Shown here: in pieces, positions 8,045 to 17,291 of the stretch
Layout: each line of letters opens with the position of its first letter
Position numbering within the stretch: position 1 is the first letter of the stretch
Source of the DNA: an uncultured virus (IMG/VR IMGVR_UViG_3300006217_001617)
Lineage: Duplodnaviria; Heunggongvirae; Uroviricota; Caudoviricetes
IMG/VR virus record: IMGVR_UViG_3300006217_001617
Reading direction: 5' to 3' (one strand)
Length of the DNA: 64,000 nucleotides
Notes under the pieces: model-generated
The model's input: only the letters and a program-made list of their open reading frames with translations
The model's database searches: none
Told to the model about the DNA's origin: nothing
Made by a program: the position numbers and the translations under genes

Positions 8045-8707
8045 CTATTTTGTGTTCGCCAGCCGCTTATACAGCGCCTGCGCAAACCGATAACCATCAA
8101 GGTATGTCATTGTCTCATCGCTGAATCCAAAGCGCTCCTGCGCCGTCCTGCGGTCGTCAATCGCGGTGTTGCCTGTCTGCTGTACTGCGATGCCCAGCTG
8201 TGCCAGCACCGCCCGCGCGTAGGCCTGTCCGAATTTGCGCTGCTTGTCCGCAGTATCGGCAATCGTCCGGTCAGCGGAATCCAAGAAAAAGCCCTCACAC
8301 AGCACCGCAGGCGCTTTGACTTGCCGCACCCATCCAAGCGATGTACTGACCTTAATCCCCCGGCTGTTCTGCCCGATCTGCTTAACCTCGGCTTCAATGC
8401 GTTCCGCCAGCTGCCGGGCAGTCTGATTTTTGCCGCTGATGTAGCACTCAAAGCCATCCCCGCCGCCAGCGTTATTGTGCACCTCGACAGCAAGGTCGGG
8501 CTGGAATGCGTTGCACTCTTTGATTTCCTCAGCAAGCCGGTCGTTTTCGTTGCGGGTGCGGCTGATGCCGACGGTCACGCCGTGGCGTTCCAGCTCGGCC
8601 TTCATGGCAAGCGCCATTGTGAGGTTGACATCGCTCTCCCGGAGTCCATTCGCGCAGGCTCCGGGGTCGCTGCCGCCGTGGCCTACGCCGATAAATACCT
8701 TACTCAT
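8045..8707 (-). CDS. Endolysin, N-acetylmuramoyl-L-alanine amidase (Amidase_3)
   Basis: GHGGSDPGA...E, VEVHNNA and AVLCEGFF motifs; follows the holin. Confidence 0.92.
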   Translation of the reverse strand: MSKVFIGVGHGGSDPGACANGLRESDVNLTMALAMKAELERHGVTVGISRTRNENDRLAEEIKECNAFQPDLAVEVHNNAGGGDGFECYISGKNQTARQLAERIEAEVKQIGQNSRGIKVSTSLGWVRQVKAPAVLCEGFFLDSADRTIADTADKQRKFGQAYARAVLAQLGIAVQQTGNTAIDDRRTAQERFGFSDETMTYLDGYRFAQALYKRLANTK

Positions 8708-9179
8708 CGTCGTCCGCACCTCCATCAACCATATGCTCTCCGGCCTCGTTGACCGCTGCCATTGTCATTGCCAGCGCGCGTCGGAAGAACGCGGGCACAG
8801 GCGCGCCCATGTTAACGGCGTGCTCCAGGATGCTGCCCATCTCAGTCAAGATGTACCAAACCACGACCATCGGGCAAAAAAACACCGAATACTGAAATGG
8901 CAGCGTAACCGGCAGATTGCCCAGGATAACGCCCAGCAGCAAATCAGCCATCCCGGCAATGAGCACAGCTAACACGCACCCACATTTGTGCCAGATACCA
9001 GTACGCGCCGCCTCAGAACTCCACGCGTGGTCTCTCATCGCAATCACGCTGCCGCAAACGTAGTCCACCGCCATCAAGAATACCAGCGCAATCACAACCC
9101 ACCCAAACCACCCCCACAGGGCGGTCAGCGCCGCCGCACACGCGGCAAGCGTGAGTTTGAACTGATTAACATTTTCCAC
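8700..9179 (-). CDS. Phage holin
   Basis: TM segments, DY..G, E.GSILE...MGAPVP motifs; overlaps the endolysin start. Confidence 0.88.
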   Translation of the reverse strand: MENVNQFKLTLAACAAALTALWGWFGWVVIALVFLMAVDYVCGSVIAMRDHAWSSEAARTGIWHKCGCVLAVLIAGMADLLLGVILGNLPVTLPFQYSVFFCPMVVVWYILTEMGSILEHAVNMGAPVPAFFRRALAMTMAAVNEAGEHMVDGGADDDE

Positions 9180-9183
9180 GGTA

Positions 9184-9339
9184 TCATACCTCCATAGCAG
9201 CCCTGAACTCAGCCGGAACCAGCTCAGGCAGCCCGCTGTCAATCAGGATTTCCGCGCACCCCGGTTTCAGTGCGCCCGGCACAGCGTCGAACGTCGTCTT
9301 ACCGAGAATCACCCTCTGCGCAAAAAACATAGCCATCAT
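9184..9339 (-). CDS. Small XkdX-like phage protein
   Basis: RVILGKTTFDAVP..LK pattern; lies between tail fibre genes and holin. Confidence 0.6.
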   Translation of the reverse strand: MMAMFFAQRVILGKTTFDAVPGALKPGCAEILIDSGLPELVPAEFRAAMEV

Positions 9340-9386
9340 TAAAACCATCCTCTCAAAATATATTTGACACCGCCGTAACGCGGATA

Positions 9387-9791
9387 TCATACGTCATATA
9401 CCTGCACCGCCATCTCGGCAATGCAGTCCTCCAAAAATTCCTGCCTGTCGGTCGCCGCTGTAATCTGCGCGCGCAGCAGCGTGTTTTCCGTCCTCAGCTG
9501 CTCTATAGGAGACGGCGGCGGCGCGGGGATAGCTGCCCGGTCGGCGGCAATCTCGTTGTCTGTGCGCGGCTGGACGGCTCCGTTGGTGTATTTGTAGAGG
9601 GGAATGCCGTCAAACGTGTACAGCCCGCCCTCAAAATAATGCGACTGGCACAAATTGTATTTGTCACCTGTGCCCTCGTCAATTTTAATCCAGCCGGTTA
9701 AATCGGCGGGGGTGGTGTAGCCTCCGTCACAGCGGGTGATGCGGTTTTGGTCGTCTGTCAATATGTAGACGGATGATTTGTATTCGTTCAT
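9387..9791 (-). CDS. Tail fibre-associated/chaperone-like hypothetical protein
   Basis: AGGAG RBS; C-terminal coiled coil ending EDCIAEMA; position after the fibre gene. Confidence 0.6.
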   Translation of the reverse strand: MNEYKSSVYILTDDQNRITRCDGGYTTPADLTGWIKIDEGTGDKYNLCQSHYFEGGLYTFDGIPLYKYTNGAVQPRTDNEIAADRAAIPAPPPSPIEQLRTENTLLRAQITAATDRQEFLEDCIAEMAVQVYDV

Positions 9792-9802
9792 TTCGTTTCT
9801 CC

Positions 9803-11356
9803 TTATAAATCCGCAGAGAATTCTAATCCAAGGTAAGATATACATCCACTGCTATTTGTATAATTTGTTAGATCCTTGTTCAAAAACATCGTTAATCCCA
9901 GGCATGGCGTATTTATCCCAATATCCGAATTCACGAGGACTGATTTAAAGCCTTGGCTTGATGCGGCGTCATACATTTGAGCAGGATGCGAGATCCAAAT
10001 CGGATTGTTTGTAACGGAAGCGGAAGGAGTTGCACGCATAGGCACCGATAAAGGTATATTAACCCATAAAGTACAATTATTATCATAATTAGAAATAAAA
10101 GTCGGAAGCCTGGAATATTGTGCAGAAACAAAATACCTTTGGCATTTAAGCAGCTCACTTCCATAATCCGGAATCTCATTAAGCACCCAGTTCCCGGAAG
10201 CGTCTTTGTGGGCTAGGGTTTGGGTGGAGCCGATTTCCAACTTACATGCAATGGGATTGATTGTTTTGTCTGCTAGATTACTAGTAACAATTAATACGCC
10301 TAACACAGTGTTATTGCTCGTCACCGTGAACGTCATATATTGCAGATTTTTGTCTTCTACTCTGTTCATCCAGTATTCCTGCGACGAATCATATGGCGCC
10401 ATATAAGTTCCCGCAAGATTGTCTGAATCGGAGTACAAACATGATATCGTCATTGTCAAGCCAGAAAATTGTTCTGGATGCTCAACAGCTTGCCTAATTA
10501 AACCATATGTATTTGTCCCATGAATTGTAATATGCCCGGTACCTAATGCTACAGTTGAATTTTCTGCTCTCCATCGGTCGATACAATAGGACATAGTATT
10601 GGATGCATCATATGTTGCTTGTCCCCTTTGATTAACTGGATTAACAAAATACCAGTTATCCAGCAGATTTGGACGGATAACGGAGCTGTCAACGTAGAGT
10701 TTGTTGGCGGCTTCGTAATTATTTAGTGGGGTTTGTACCCCGTCAACAAAAATAGCCGAAGATCCTAATTCTGCTGGATAATCATTATTTGATGATCTGA
10801 CATCTAAAATGCTTACATCGTTTTCTGTTTTGTATCTTGCTAGATTAAGTCTTTCAGCTCCTGCTATTCTACGCAAATAAATCTGACTCTGAAAATCCAG
10901 TCCGCCCTCAATAAGACCCGTCACAACCCCGCCACTCTTCGGCAACGCTGCATCCGCCGTTGACTGCGCCGCTTCTGCTGCTGATGCTGCTCTGTTTGCG
11001 GTTTGCTGGGCGTTATCTGCTGCGGTGGCGGCTGCGGTGGCGGTGGTTTGGGCGGCTTCAATGCCCGTAATCAAATCATCCTGGTCAGTCTTGGTAAAAT
11101 TACGGGCGATAACCTCACCTTTCTGCCACGTTTTAGCAGTGCCCTCCACCCCGCGTGTACAGCCGGACAGCAGCCCGTCCGCTTTTGCGGCATATTCGAT
11201 GGTTTCACCGCCTTCGTCCGTGCCGATGGTCGCATAATTCGGCGCGGGCGGGAATACAGATGCATCCGCAACTTTTATGATGGTATCCGCCGCGCCAATG
11301 TTTTCCGTCAGCGTAGTCGGCGGAGAAAACGGGATACCGGGGTATAATTTAGCCAA
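9803..11356 (-). CDS. Tail fibre/receptor-binding protein
   Basis: Ala-rich coiled segment; NLLDNWYF.NPVNQRG...IDRW and ELLKCQRYF motifs; AT-rich distal part. Confidence 0.75.
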   Translation of the reverse strand: MAKLYPGIPFSPPTTLTENIGAADTIIKVADASVFPPAPNYATIGTDEGGETIEYAAKADGLLSGCTRGVEGTAKTWQKGEVIARNFTKTDQDDLITGIEAAQTTATAAATAADNAQQTANRAASAAEAAQSTADAALPKSGGVVTGLIEGGLDFQSQIYLRRIAGAERLNLARYKTENDVSILDVRSSNNDYPAELGSSAIFVDGVQTPLNNYEAANKLYVDSSVIRPNLLDNWYFVNPVNQRGQATYDASNTMSYCIDRWRAENSTVALGTGHITIHGTNTYGLIRQAVEHPEQFSGLTMTISCLYSDSDNLAGTYMAPYDSSQEYWMNRVEDKNLQYMTFTVTSNNTVLGVLIVTSNLADKTINPIACKLEIGSTQTLAHKDASGNWVLNEIPDYGSELLKCQRYFVSAQYSRLPTFISNYDNNCTLWVNIPLSVPMRATPSASVTNNPIWISHPAQMYDAASSQGFKSVLVNSDIGINTPCLGLTMFLNKDLTNYTNSSGCISYLGLEFSADL

Positions 11357-11525
11357 TTGTAACCGCCTCCGATTCTACCGTGATGGCACGCCTGGCGGGT
11401 TCTGCGCCCTCCCTGGGCACATTCCACCAGATGGATGTCTTTTCCGCGTCCACTGTAATCTGTACAACTCCATCAATCGGTTTGCCGTCCAACTTAATTT
11501 TGCTCAAAAGCTCTGTAATTGACAT
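11349..11525 (-). CDS. Small hypothetical tail-region protein
   Basis: AAGGAGG RBS before MSITELL; overlaps the next gene start. Confidence 0.5.
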   Translation of the reverse strand: MSITELLSKIKLDGKPIDGVVQITVDAEKTSIWWNVPREGAEPARRAITVESEAVTIG

Positions 11526-11538
11526 ATTGATATCCTCC

Positions 11539-13380
11539 TTAAACTGTCGCGTCGCCGCGTGATTGTACAAACCCCTGGAAAATTAAATCAAGGCTGACAT
11601 AGGCAAGATCATCCGGCCTGACTTCGATGGTCAGCCATTGGTCGCGGGGGATTTTGCCGTTGTCACCGACTAGGTGAGTGGTGAGGTTAAGTTCCGCGTC
11701 CGTGCCGGGGAAATATTGTTTTTGGATGCCGTTTATAGATATCCAAAACGCGTGCGGATTTCCAAACTTATAAATGCCAGGCGTTATTCTGTGGGAATGC
11801 TCCGGAACTGTAGCTTTGTGGCTATGCGCTGGAACCATAAACGAGTGCGCATGATCAGCCATTGTAAACGAATGCTTGTGACTATCCAGCGTTAGCGTAT
11901 GTGCGTGCCGACCATAAAAAAAATGATCATGAAGCGTCTTAAACGCATGATAGTGCGCACCAAGATTAGCGTTATGTGTGTGCGCGTTGGTGTTATCAGC
12001 TTTCTCAGAATTACGCGAAAAGCGATTAAAAAAGTCTACGCCGGATGTATACGCATATGATCCGGCAACCGTTACGCCAGATCCTTCAATGGACGTGTAT
12101 AAAGGGTAACCCGGCCAGCCGTATTGATGTTCTCCGGTATGGTAATTCCCGCCTCCTGCTTCGCCTGTTACCCCCTCATATTTTTCGTTATCTTCCGTCC
12201 TGGTTGTGCGCACCACGCTGTCCGTAGTTTTAGAGTACGCCCGGAACTGCCCGATACGGATTTTAGCGTATACTCCATTTACAATCCGCATCTCTGCCGG
12301 AACGATAAAGCTCATCCTGAGCGGCCTGTCAGGGTTCCCGTTGGCTTGCAGCGCCTGCCCGTATATCTGAGTAGCCCCCTGCGCATAGCATTGCTCTGTG
12401 CGCAGCTTATCCGCGATATCGGCCACATGGGCGGCTATGTCCGTGCTATGATTGCATATCGTGATTTTCTGGCGGGTTACGTCGCCGTACTCACGGTGTA
12501 CGCCGGTAACATATGCGTCGAGCGCGCTATACTTCGCGCGCCGTCCGATCTCTATTGGCTCTAAAAACTCAATCTCATACGACGCCGCAGGCTCCTGCAA
12601 TTCGTTCAGCAGCACCTGAGCCGCCGCCATAAGGCTGGCGGGGTCTTCGTATCGTCGGTCAGTCCATATCTTTTCAATGACACCATATTTCGCAATGATA
12701 TTATCCGGCGATTGGATGTAGGGACTGCCGCCGTTAACGCTCTTGATTGTGAGCTGGTTCACACCCTCCCCATATCCCAACGGATACAGCCTGGTGCAAA
12801 TCTGCTGCGGAGCCGTTTGCGCCGCATAGGATATCACATTGTGGACGTATACCGGCGCGTTGTCCTGCAAGCATTTGAGCGACAGCCGCCACGGGTACAC
12901 GCTGGTGTCTGTCAACCATCGGTAGCCCTGAATGGGTGTCGCGATGGAAAAAAGCGCGGACAGCAGGCTCTCCTGCTCCCATCCATACTCGTATTGATAG
13001 TTATAATCGCATTCCGCGAGCACCCAGTCGGATTGCTTGCTGAGCACATAGCGGATGCAGTCAGCCGTTGTCACGCCATAGCCGCCCACATGGTGATAGC
13101 CATACAGCACGAGGTCGATCAGCGTAGCAAGGACGCTCTCGCACTGGTATTCCACCGTCCCGGCGTCGCTGATGTCCACCTGGCGCGGCATAATGCGGTA
13201 CAGCTCCCCGCCGTTCCAGCGCACAAACCAAAACGGCTGGCAAAACTCGTTTTTCGAGTCGTCAAACGGCAGACGGAAGGACAGATAATCGATGCCGTTC
13301 AGCTTTAAATCTTCCGTCACGCCGTGCGCGTTTTCGGCAACCGCCACGCGCTGTCGGGAACGGTCAAATATCTCTAACAC
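11539..13380 (-). CDS. Tail hub/spike protein (Tal-like), copy 2, with His-rich tip
   Basis: TRLYPLGYGEGVNQLTI motif; many HxH motifs; paralog of 13392-15278. Confidence 0.85.
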   Translation of the reverse strand: MLEIFDRSRQRVAVAENAHGVTEDLKLNGIDYLSFRLPFDDSKNEFCQPFWFVRWNGGELYRIMPRQVDISDAGTVEYQCESVLATLIDLVLYGYHHVGGYGVTTADCIRYVLSKQSDWVLAECDYNYQYEYGWEQESLLSALFSIATPIQGYRWLTDTSVYPWRLSLKCLQDNAPVYVHNVISYAAQTAPQQICTRLYPLGYGEGVNQLTIKSVNGGSPYIQSPDNIIAKYGVIEKIWTDRRYEDPASLMAAAQVLLNELQEPAASYEIEFLEPIEIGRRAKYSALDAYVTGVHREYGDVTRQKITICNHSTDIAAHVADIADKLRTEQCYAQGATQIYGQALQANGNPDRPLRMSFIVPAEMRIVNGVYAKIRIGQFRAYSKTTDSVVRTTRTEDNEKYEGVTGEAGGGNYHTGEHQYGWPGYPLYTSIEGSGVTVAGSYAYTSGVDFFNRFSRNSEKADNTNAHTHNANLGAHYHAFKTLHDHFFYGRHAHTLTLDSHKHSFTMADHAHSFMVPAHSHKATVPEHSHRITPGIYKFGNPHAFWISINGIQKQYFPGTDAELNLTTHLVGDNGKIPRDQWLTIEVRPDDLAYVSLDLIFQGFVQSRGDATV

Positions 13381-13391
13381 GCGCCCACCTC

Positions 13392-15278
13392 CTACACGGT
13401 CATGTCGCCGCGCGACTGCACAAACCCTTGGAAAATCAAATCAATACTGACATAAGCAAGGTCGTTTGGTCTGACCTCGACCGACAGCCATGAGCCGCGC
13501 GGTACCCGCCTGTCATCGCCCAGCAGGTAATTTGTCAGGTTGATTTCGGCGTCCGTTCCGGAAAACGCCTCTTTGAGCTGCCCCTTAACATACACGGAAA
13601 ACGAATTTGCGCTTCCAAACTCATAAATTCCGGGTGTGATATCATGCGCGTGCGCGGGAATCGGTACATTATGCCGATGTGCCGGAATCGTAAAATTATG
13701 TGCGTGATTCGGGATGCTGACATCATGCGCATGAGGATCAATAAAAATTTCATGCGCGTGAGTGGATGCGGGAAGCTGATGACTATGCGGCTCCTCCTTT
13801 GTTATTGCATGCTCGTGAGCCTGCGCCTCGATTAAGTGCGCATGGGATTGCATTTTGCCGCCGCCGGATTTTGTACTCAGACTAAGCTTTGTGGGCTGCG
13901 TAGTGCTCACGCCGTTTGTGGTTGACGAGTAAGTCGAGCCGGATACGGCGGCCTCCTTGGACGTTGCCGTTGTGCTGCCGCCGGATTTGCTCGTAAATAC
14001 GCCACCGCCGCCACCACTGCTGGTAGATCGCACCTCGTTTTCCGTGCTGGTACTGGCGACAAACGCTTCCGCTGCTACGGTACTTTTTGAGTACGCCCGG
14101 AACTTATCCAGCCGGATTTTTGCGAAAATCTTATTTATCACGCGCATTTCGGACGGAATGAAAAAATCCATAACAGCACCGTTTTTGTTGTCGCAATTAG
14201 CCTGTAGTGCTTGACTGTACAGCTGCGTTGCGCCCTGCGAATAGGTCTGCTCTATCCGTTGCCGGTCAGACAGATCGGAGATGGTACTCGCAATGCTCCG
14301 GTCTTTATTGGCCACCGTAACAGTGCTTTGGCGGGTATCATCATGCCGGTATGAGACAGCGGTGATATAGGTATCCGTAAAATCATGCGTGCCGGGGTGC
14401 TTTATGCGCACGCGGTCACCGACATTGACAAGGCCGTCGATATCAGACAGCCCAAACTGATAAGATACCGCAGGCTCCTGGAGCTGATCGAGCATGGCCT
14501 GAGCCGCCGCCTTCAATCTGGTGGGGTCTTCATATCGCCGATCCGTCCAGACGCGCTCTATCAGCCCATACCGGTCAATATAGGATTGCGGACTTTGGAG
14601 ATACGGCAAACCGCCGTTAATATCCCTGATTGTAAGTTGGTTAACACCCTCGCCGTAGCCCAGCGGGTACAGCCTTGTGCAAAGCTCCTGCGGGTTGCTC
14701 TCCGCGCTGTAGGTCAGCATATTGCGTGCCCGCTGTACTGAGATATGCGGGACGCCCGTCAAGTCGAGCCGCTTGAGTGACAGCCGCCAGGGGTACACGC
14801 TGGTATCTGTTTTCCAGATGTAGCCTTCCAGCGGCGAGGAAATGGAAAACAGCGCGGACAACAGATTTTCCTGCTCCCAGCCATACTCAAACTGATTACG
14901 AAAATCACAGTCCGCAAGCACCCAATTGGATTGTCTGGACAGCAGATAGTTGATGCAATCCGCCGTATAAGTGCCCAGGTTGCCAACCACATGATACCCA
15001 AAAAGGACGGTATCGGCCAGGGTAGCCAACACATGCTCACACTGGTACGTAACAGAGCCGGTATCGGTGATTTGCGTGCTCGTCGGCATGATACGGTACA
15101 GCTCGCCGCCGTCCCACCGCACAAACCAAAACGGCCGGCAAAACTCGTTTTTCGGGTCCTGATACGGCAGTGTAAAATACAGGTACCAAAGCTCATTGAT
15201 TTTCTGCTCTTCCGTCACGTCGTGCGCGTTTTCCGCGATTGCTACGCGCCGCCGAGAGCGGTCAAATACCTCCAGCAT
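13392..15278 (-). CDS. Tail hub/spike protein (Tal-like), copy 1, with His-rich tip
   Basis: Same motifs as copy 2; HAH/HSH repeats; located after Dit-region genes. Confidence 0.85.
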   Translation of the reverse strand: MLEVFDRSRRRVAIAENAHDVTEEQKINELWYLYFTLPYQDPKNEFCRPFWFVRWDGGELYRIMPTSTQITDTGSVTYQCEHVLATLADTVLFGYHVVGNLGTYTADCINYLLSRQSNWVLADCDFRNQFEYGWEQENLLSALFSISSPLEGYIWKTDTSVYPWRLSLKRLDLTGVPHISVQRARNMLTYSAESNPQELCTRLYPLGYGEGVNQLTIRDINGGLPYLQSPQSYIDRYGLIERVWTDRRYEDPTRLKAAAQAMLDQLQEPAVSYQFGLSDIDGLVNVGDRVRIKHPGTHDFTDTYITAVSYRHDDTRQSTVTVANKDRSIASTISDLSDRQRIEQTYSQGATQLYSQALQANCDNKNGAVMDFFIPSEMRVINKIFAKIRLDKFRAYSKSTVAAEAFVASTSTENEVRSTSSGGGGGVFTSKSGGSTTATSKEAAVSGSTYSSTTNGVSTTQPTKLSLSTKSGGGKMQSHAHLIEAQAHEHAITKEEPHSHQLPASTHAHEIFIDPHAHDVSIPNHAHNFTIPAHRHNVPIPAHAHDITPGIYEFGSANSFSVYVKGQLKEAFSGTDAEINLTNYLLGDDRRVPRGSWLSVEVRPNDLAYVSIDLIFQGFVQSRGDMTV

Positions 15279-15976
15279 TACAGGTACCTCTCTGTATAGA
15301 TCAGGTTCCCGGACAGGTCGCCGCCGCTGCCGCTCTCGATATCGAGCCGCAGCAGATCGCGGGATACGTTAATCCAATCGCCCAGCTGCGTATACAGGAT
15401 GTTTTCGCCGTTCAGCGTCACCGTAAAGGCGTCGCTGTCAATCCGCAGCTCCGCGCCGGGCGGGATGGCGATTGAAATAGATACGCTTTCCGTTTCCTCC
15501 AGCGTCGCGGCTGACAGCGCTTCCAGCGCGTCAAAAAACTGTATTGCCCCTCTGATTTCCTTTCCGGCATATGAGCGTCCAGAAAGCGCGTCCGCCGCAG
15601 ACCATTTGCACGGCATTGTTTTGCCGACGTGCGCCGTGCCGCTGAGCGTGTCAACGGCCAGCATCTCGCAGCCTATATCCTTGGATGCATAAGCAGACTG
15701 CTGAAGCGCGTCCGCAAAGGTAACGCATAGCTGGATATCCGCGTTTGCCGTCGCGCTGCCCTGGAGGCTGTCGCCAGCCTCAAAATGTAACGGGAGCGCC
15801 ACTGTACCACGCGCTGTCATCTGCAGGCTGTCTGCGAAATAGGCAGTCATATTCACCGGGACGGCTGCACCGGCCAGGCCGCCCAGCGATTCCGTAAATG
15901 TCTGCTCGATAAAAATCCGATTATCAGCGCTGCCCAGGGAATACCGGTGCAGGCTGTAACGGTCCTGCGCCGCCAT
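15278..15976 (-). CDS. Phage tail/baseplate protein
   Basis: Stop/start overlaps with both neighbours; C-terminus resembles a distal tail protein end. Confidence 0.7.
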   Translation of the reverse strand: MAAQDRYSLHRYSLGSADNRIFIEQTFTESLGGLAGAAVPVNMTAYFADSLQMTARGTVALPLHFEAGDSLQGSATANADIQLCVTFADALQQSAYASKDIGCEMLAVDTLSGTAHVGKTMPCKWSAADALSGRSYAGKEIRGAIQFFDALEALSAATLEETESVSISIAIPPGAELRIDSDAFTVTLNGENILYTQLGDWINVSRDLLRLDIESGSGGDLSGNLIYTERYL

Positions 15977-16755
15977 CAGTTAATACCTAACTGCAGCTTT
16001 CCGATGTCATACGTCGGCATATATCCGCGTTTGACCGTCATTGGCTCGGTAAGCTGCTGGATGTAGACCGGCTGGCCGCTGGATGCCGCCGAATAAACCG
16101 CTGTCCAATCGCATGTGCCCCACGCGGTGGAAGGGCGGTTAAATGTCACCACCGCCGCATTTGTGATCAGCAGCTGTCCGCTTTCCTGCTCTGCGGGTGC
16201 GGCAAGCGTGATAGGCACACGGGCGTAATTATCGCCGGACAGCTCCGCACCCGCGTTTTCCGGGTTTCCGTTCCACAGAGACATATGCGGCGTAACCCCG
16301 GAAATAGGCTGCCCGCGAAATAAATTCAGCAATTTGCTTTTGTATGCCGTGGACAGATTTCCGGCTAGGTAGAGCATGACATCCCCGGCCATCAGGACGG
16401 GCGGCTGATTCGCGCCGATCACCAGCGGTTCGGTCAGCTCGTTACGCGCCAGCATATTACCGCCGGAAAGGGAATCCAGAATCCCGATATACGTAGCCGT
16501 TCCGGCGGCGGTTTCCGGCACCGGGAATTTAATGTCGGTCAAGTTTTGGATGCCGATACCGCCATTCGAGGCGGCAGGCTCCGAAAACGTAATTTCCATG
16601 CGGGTATAGCCACTGTAGCTGACCTCCGTGCCCGCTGTGCCGCTTTCGCCGGGGTCGTTGATGTACAGCCCTAAATAGCACTTGGACGGGGCCGTGAAAG
16701 TGTTCCCGCGCAGGACATTCAAAAAACCTTTTTCCAAATAGTCGCATGCATACAT
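15976..16755 (-). CDS. Phage tail protein with internally duplicated domain
   Basis: Two similar halves (LNVLRG...GTEVSYSGYTR / LNLFRG...GAELSGDNYAR). Confidence 0.75.
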   Translation of the reverse strand: MYACDYLEKGFLNVLRGNTFTAPSKCYLGLYINDPGESGTAGTEVSYSGYTRMEITFSEPAASNGGIGIQNLTDIKFPVPETAAGTATYIGILDSLSGGNMLARNELTEPLVIGANQPPVLMAGDVMLYLAGNLSTAYKSKLLNLFRGQPISGVTPHMSLWNGNPENAGAELSGDNYARVPITLAAPAEQESGQLLITNAAVVTFNRPSTAWGTCDWTAVYSAASSGQPVYIQQLTEPMTVKRGYMPTYDIGKLQLGIN

Positions 16756-17291
16756 TATTTCCTTCTCCTTTTTACCGCCGTGATTCTCAGGTTTTGGATG
16801 TTCCAAGACGAATTATTCCGCAGCAGGATAACGCATGGAGCTTCCGCCGTCCCCCGGTACTGCACGGCGTTCCGTCCGGTCTGTATCGGCAGGGTGACGG
16901 TACGCCCCACGGCAAACGGCGGGTTGCACGACCATGTGAGCGTAAACTGGCCATAATGCAGGTGCTGCTCCATCGGCGGCGCGCCAGAGAGCCGCGCCTG
17001 ATAGGCCTTGTCCGGCTCCTTATCGTAAATAAGCCGCCCCGTGCCGGAAAGCCAATAGGCGATTTCCCGGCAGGCCTCCGGGATGGTCATATCCTTTGGC
17101 TTTACAAACCCGCAAAGGATTTCCTCAACCCGCTCGTCGTAAACCGTGCTCAGGATACCGTCATAGTAGCCGGATCGCCCCGGGATGGTCAGCCGCCCCT
17201 CGCGCCTGGGCGGGATCAGGGCGCGGCTTTGGTCCTGCGTGCAGATTCCAAACCGGCTGCTATGGATGCCCCGGAAGGTGAAGCCACTCAT
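16755..17291 (-). CDS. Distal tail protein (Dit)
   Basis: FTFRGIHS..FG...IPGRSG...WLSG.G.L..D.EPD.Y.A...C.P motif; directly after the tape measure gene. Confidence 0.85.
   Translation of the reverse strand: MSGFTFRGIHSSRFGICTQDQSRALIPPRREGRLTIPGRSGYYDGILSTVYDERVEEILCGFVKPKDMTIPEACREIAYWLSGTGRLIYDKEPDKAYQARLSGAPPMEQHLHYGQFTLTWSCNPPFAVGRTVTLPIQTGRNAVQYRGTAEAPCVILLRNNSSWNIQNLRITAVKRRRK

Noticed and set aside
9387..15278. Diversity-generating retroelement or invertase shufflon acting on tail genes
   Set aside because: No reverse transcriptase, adenine-specific TR/VR pair, invertase or inverted cassette was seen in the window.
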